Source: Amphiscolops sp. MND2022
Lineage: Eukaryota
Reading direction: 5' to 3'
Assembly (NCBI GenBank): GCA_964187785.1
Contig: OZ076421.1
Coordinates: 10,416,001 to 10,480,000 of the forward strand
Length of the DNA: 64,000 bases
Shown piece by piece: positions 62,301 through 64,000 of the stretch. Positions within the stretch are counted from its first letter, which is position 1. Every line of letters starts with the position of its first letter. The notes beneath the pieces were generated by a model that worked only from the letters and a program-made list of their open reading frames with translations, was not told where the DNA came from and searched no databases. Both the position numbers and the translations under genes were made by a program.

Positions 62301-62815
62301 CTTTCGAGCGTTTGTCCTTGGTATGTTTTTCCCACACTCAACAAAACTAGTTTCATCATCTGTGCCTGACAAAAAACTTTACTTTAAAAAAGGTATGCTC
62401 CCCGAGTCGTTACGCTGTTAGTTTATAAATGTTCTACAAATATGCATGCTCCTGGAGTTGTGATGGTTCTGGTACAGAAAAGCTGTATAGAACGTTTGTA
62501 TTTTCCAGGGGTTGTCAACGATTACTAGAGAAGCTGAAATAGGTTGTTAAAATGTTACTACAGAAGTTGAAATTGAAAGTGTTGAGTCTAAAATCTTACC
62601 TCGATGTAAATTGTGTGTCTTGTCTGGCCGTTTGTTTTCCAATTGATGACGAAATCGTCAGCTTTCAATGATGTTCCACAAATGACGTGATTCGTTAATT
62701 TTGCAGTTTCTCGATATTTGTTATTCTCATTGACTCCAGAAATTTGATCGATTAGGTTATAATCAATGTACTAAATACTGTTCATGAAAATAGAATTCTC
62801 TTTCCAGATTTCCAT
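59368..62815 (-). pseudogene. Transib/RAG1-like transposase + BRCT, paralog of 16479-19511, intron-containing and frameshifted
   Basis: LIDQISG..NKYR; MDLWGDGCEIGG; GKDSR...NLGPEIAG.QETGWL; TYSGDNRFL; PVVTHM; PYKLK; CEAMEKSNH; BRCT LLSGLLFHVVGHF...ITRLGGK; LDPSEYL. Confidence 0.85.
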
Positions 62816-63277
62816 TGTTGATGAGTGGATTGAAATGCAATGCATGTTTTGTGAAGATTTAAAATGGGACTGAGGTGTTTGGGCAAAAATTGAGTTCCAC
62901 ACTCTCTTTAAAGTAACAATACGATTCCAAACGAAAAAAGGAAATGAGCCCTAAATGGGACTCGTCGCGGGTTGTTATTTACACTTGTTGCATATGTGGC
63001 ACTTTAAACGCAAATTGAGACTCGATTTCTCACCTGTTAATTTTTGTTCAACTCCATGTCATTTCTGCCAATTTGAATTTTGTTCAACTCTAAGCAAACC
63101 TAATCTATTTGACTACAAAATACCCAGTATTTATAGCAAAAAGCTAATTCGAAATGTTGTCAAAGCATTTTAAACTTAAAGAAGCTGTTGATGCTATCGA
63201 CAAATGCTACATGCGGAGGCAGGCAGAAATAATTGAATTCATCGGGTAGTGGGAAGTAGTTTTTCGATGGAGAAAAT

Positions 63278-64000
63278 TTGGAAAGGAAAAATCAAAAATA
63301 CAAATCAATAGCACTGCGAGAAAAACATCGGAGAAGTGGAATGTTAGAAAGACGAAAGTTACCTTCAAGACACTTTCCCAGAAAAGAAGGCGAGAAAACA
63401 AATTTTTGCTTGACTATCAGCCCAAATTCCAATCCCGTGGTGATAGAGTCGAATTCATTCAGGAACGTGACATCAAACAAGGATTTGTTTTCATTAGGGA
63501 CACGGTACTGAGTGAAATGAAGATATTTGAAGAAGACGAGTATAGAGAATGACAAGACATGGGAAAAATGGAAGAACTGACTACCACGTTCAGAACTCTG
63601 ACAGTGAAGTACGACGACCTGCGGAGTTTAGCAGCTCAAGTGTTCCATGAAACAAACGAGATCCAGTGCGATGATAGCTTCGATGAGAATAACGAAACTG
63701 ACAATAATCAGCCGTCGACAACAAAAAAGCAACAGAAACGCGCAGTTTCCTCAAAAAGAAAGAACCGGTCGCTATGATGACGATGATTCCCGTAAGTGTA
63801 CAAAATATTGTAATATCTATGCGAGATAAAAAATGTAGCAATAAGCATAAACTTGCTCAACAAGCATGAAAGAAACTTTGTTCAAAAGCATGAAAAATGT
63901 TTGTTGTGTTAAGTAGAGTAATTGTTTTCATTTGCTGTAGAAAACTACCGACGAAGTTCCCCTCATCTATTTCCCATGTGCGAATGGGATATTGCATGAA
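63278..64000 (+). pseudogene. Start of an unidentified multi-exon gene divergent from transposase B
   Basis: Coding-like frames 63278-63777, donor GTAAGT near 63792 and acceptor TTGCTGTAG near 63939. No recognisable domain. Confidence 0.35.

Larger units (their letters stand above)
45743..62414. promoter_or_regulatory. Dispersed motif B YGTAACGACTCCANGAGC (about 17 copies counted)
   Basis: Forward copies at 45743, 46926, 47723, 47827, 47920, 48780, 48838, 48985, 49193, 49249, 49332, 52177, 52249, 52309 and 55535; reverse at 58838 and 62397. None seen in cassette A. Regulatory role is inference. Confidence 0.6.
46500..64000. mobile_element. Cassette B: second, more decayed giant Transib/RAG1-like element with chromatin-modifier cargo (runs off window)
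   Basis: Paralogs of four cassette A genes in a different order, plus a private 18-bp motif and a ~105-bp repeat. Termini not identified. Confidence 0.65.

Noticed and set aside
8891-64000. Polinton, adintovirus or other endogenous DNA virus interpretation
   Set aside because: No protein-primed polymerase, capsid, packaging ATPase or retroviral-type integrase inside the cassettes, and the genes have spliceosomal introns.

Overview
AT-rich eukaryotic (invertebrate-like) genomic window with GT-AG introns and a 200-N gap at 7784-7983. It is made almost entirely of mobile DNA and contains no convincing ordinary host gene. The main observation is two large, divergent but clearly paralogous multi-gene cassettes: A (about 8.9-26.7 kb) and B (about 46.5 kb to the window end). 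Each carries (i) a Transib/RAG1-like DDE transposase with a C-terminal BRCT domain, (ii) a multi-zinc-finger + KDM2/KDM7-type JmjC gene, (iii) a gene fusing a degenerate tyrosine-recombinase-like core to a SETD8/PR-Set7-like SET domain, and (iv) a conserved unknown ~80-aa peptide. A also has a tandem-Tudor-like gene; B also has a RING-finger relic and a possible 2OG-Fe(II) oxygenase relic. Each cassette is studded with its own private 18-21 bp semi-palindromic motif and its own private intron-filling repeat. I interpret these as a candidate family of giant cut-and-paste transposons carrying a histone writer/eraser/reader toolkit, possibly for sequence-specific anti-silencing (inference). A is nearly intact (its SET gene is fully open over three exons); B is more decayed. 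Between them lie a degenerate Ty3/gypsy element with a long block of 3-prime accessory ORFs, an inverted paralog of that block, a LINE RT fragment and Helentron-like inserts. The first 8.8 kb holds LTR fragments, tRNA-derived SINE relics and simple repeats. All domain calls are from motif recognition by eye; no searches were run.
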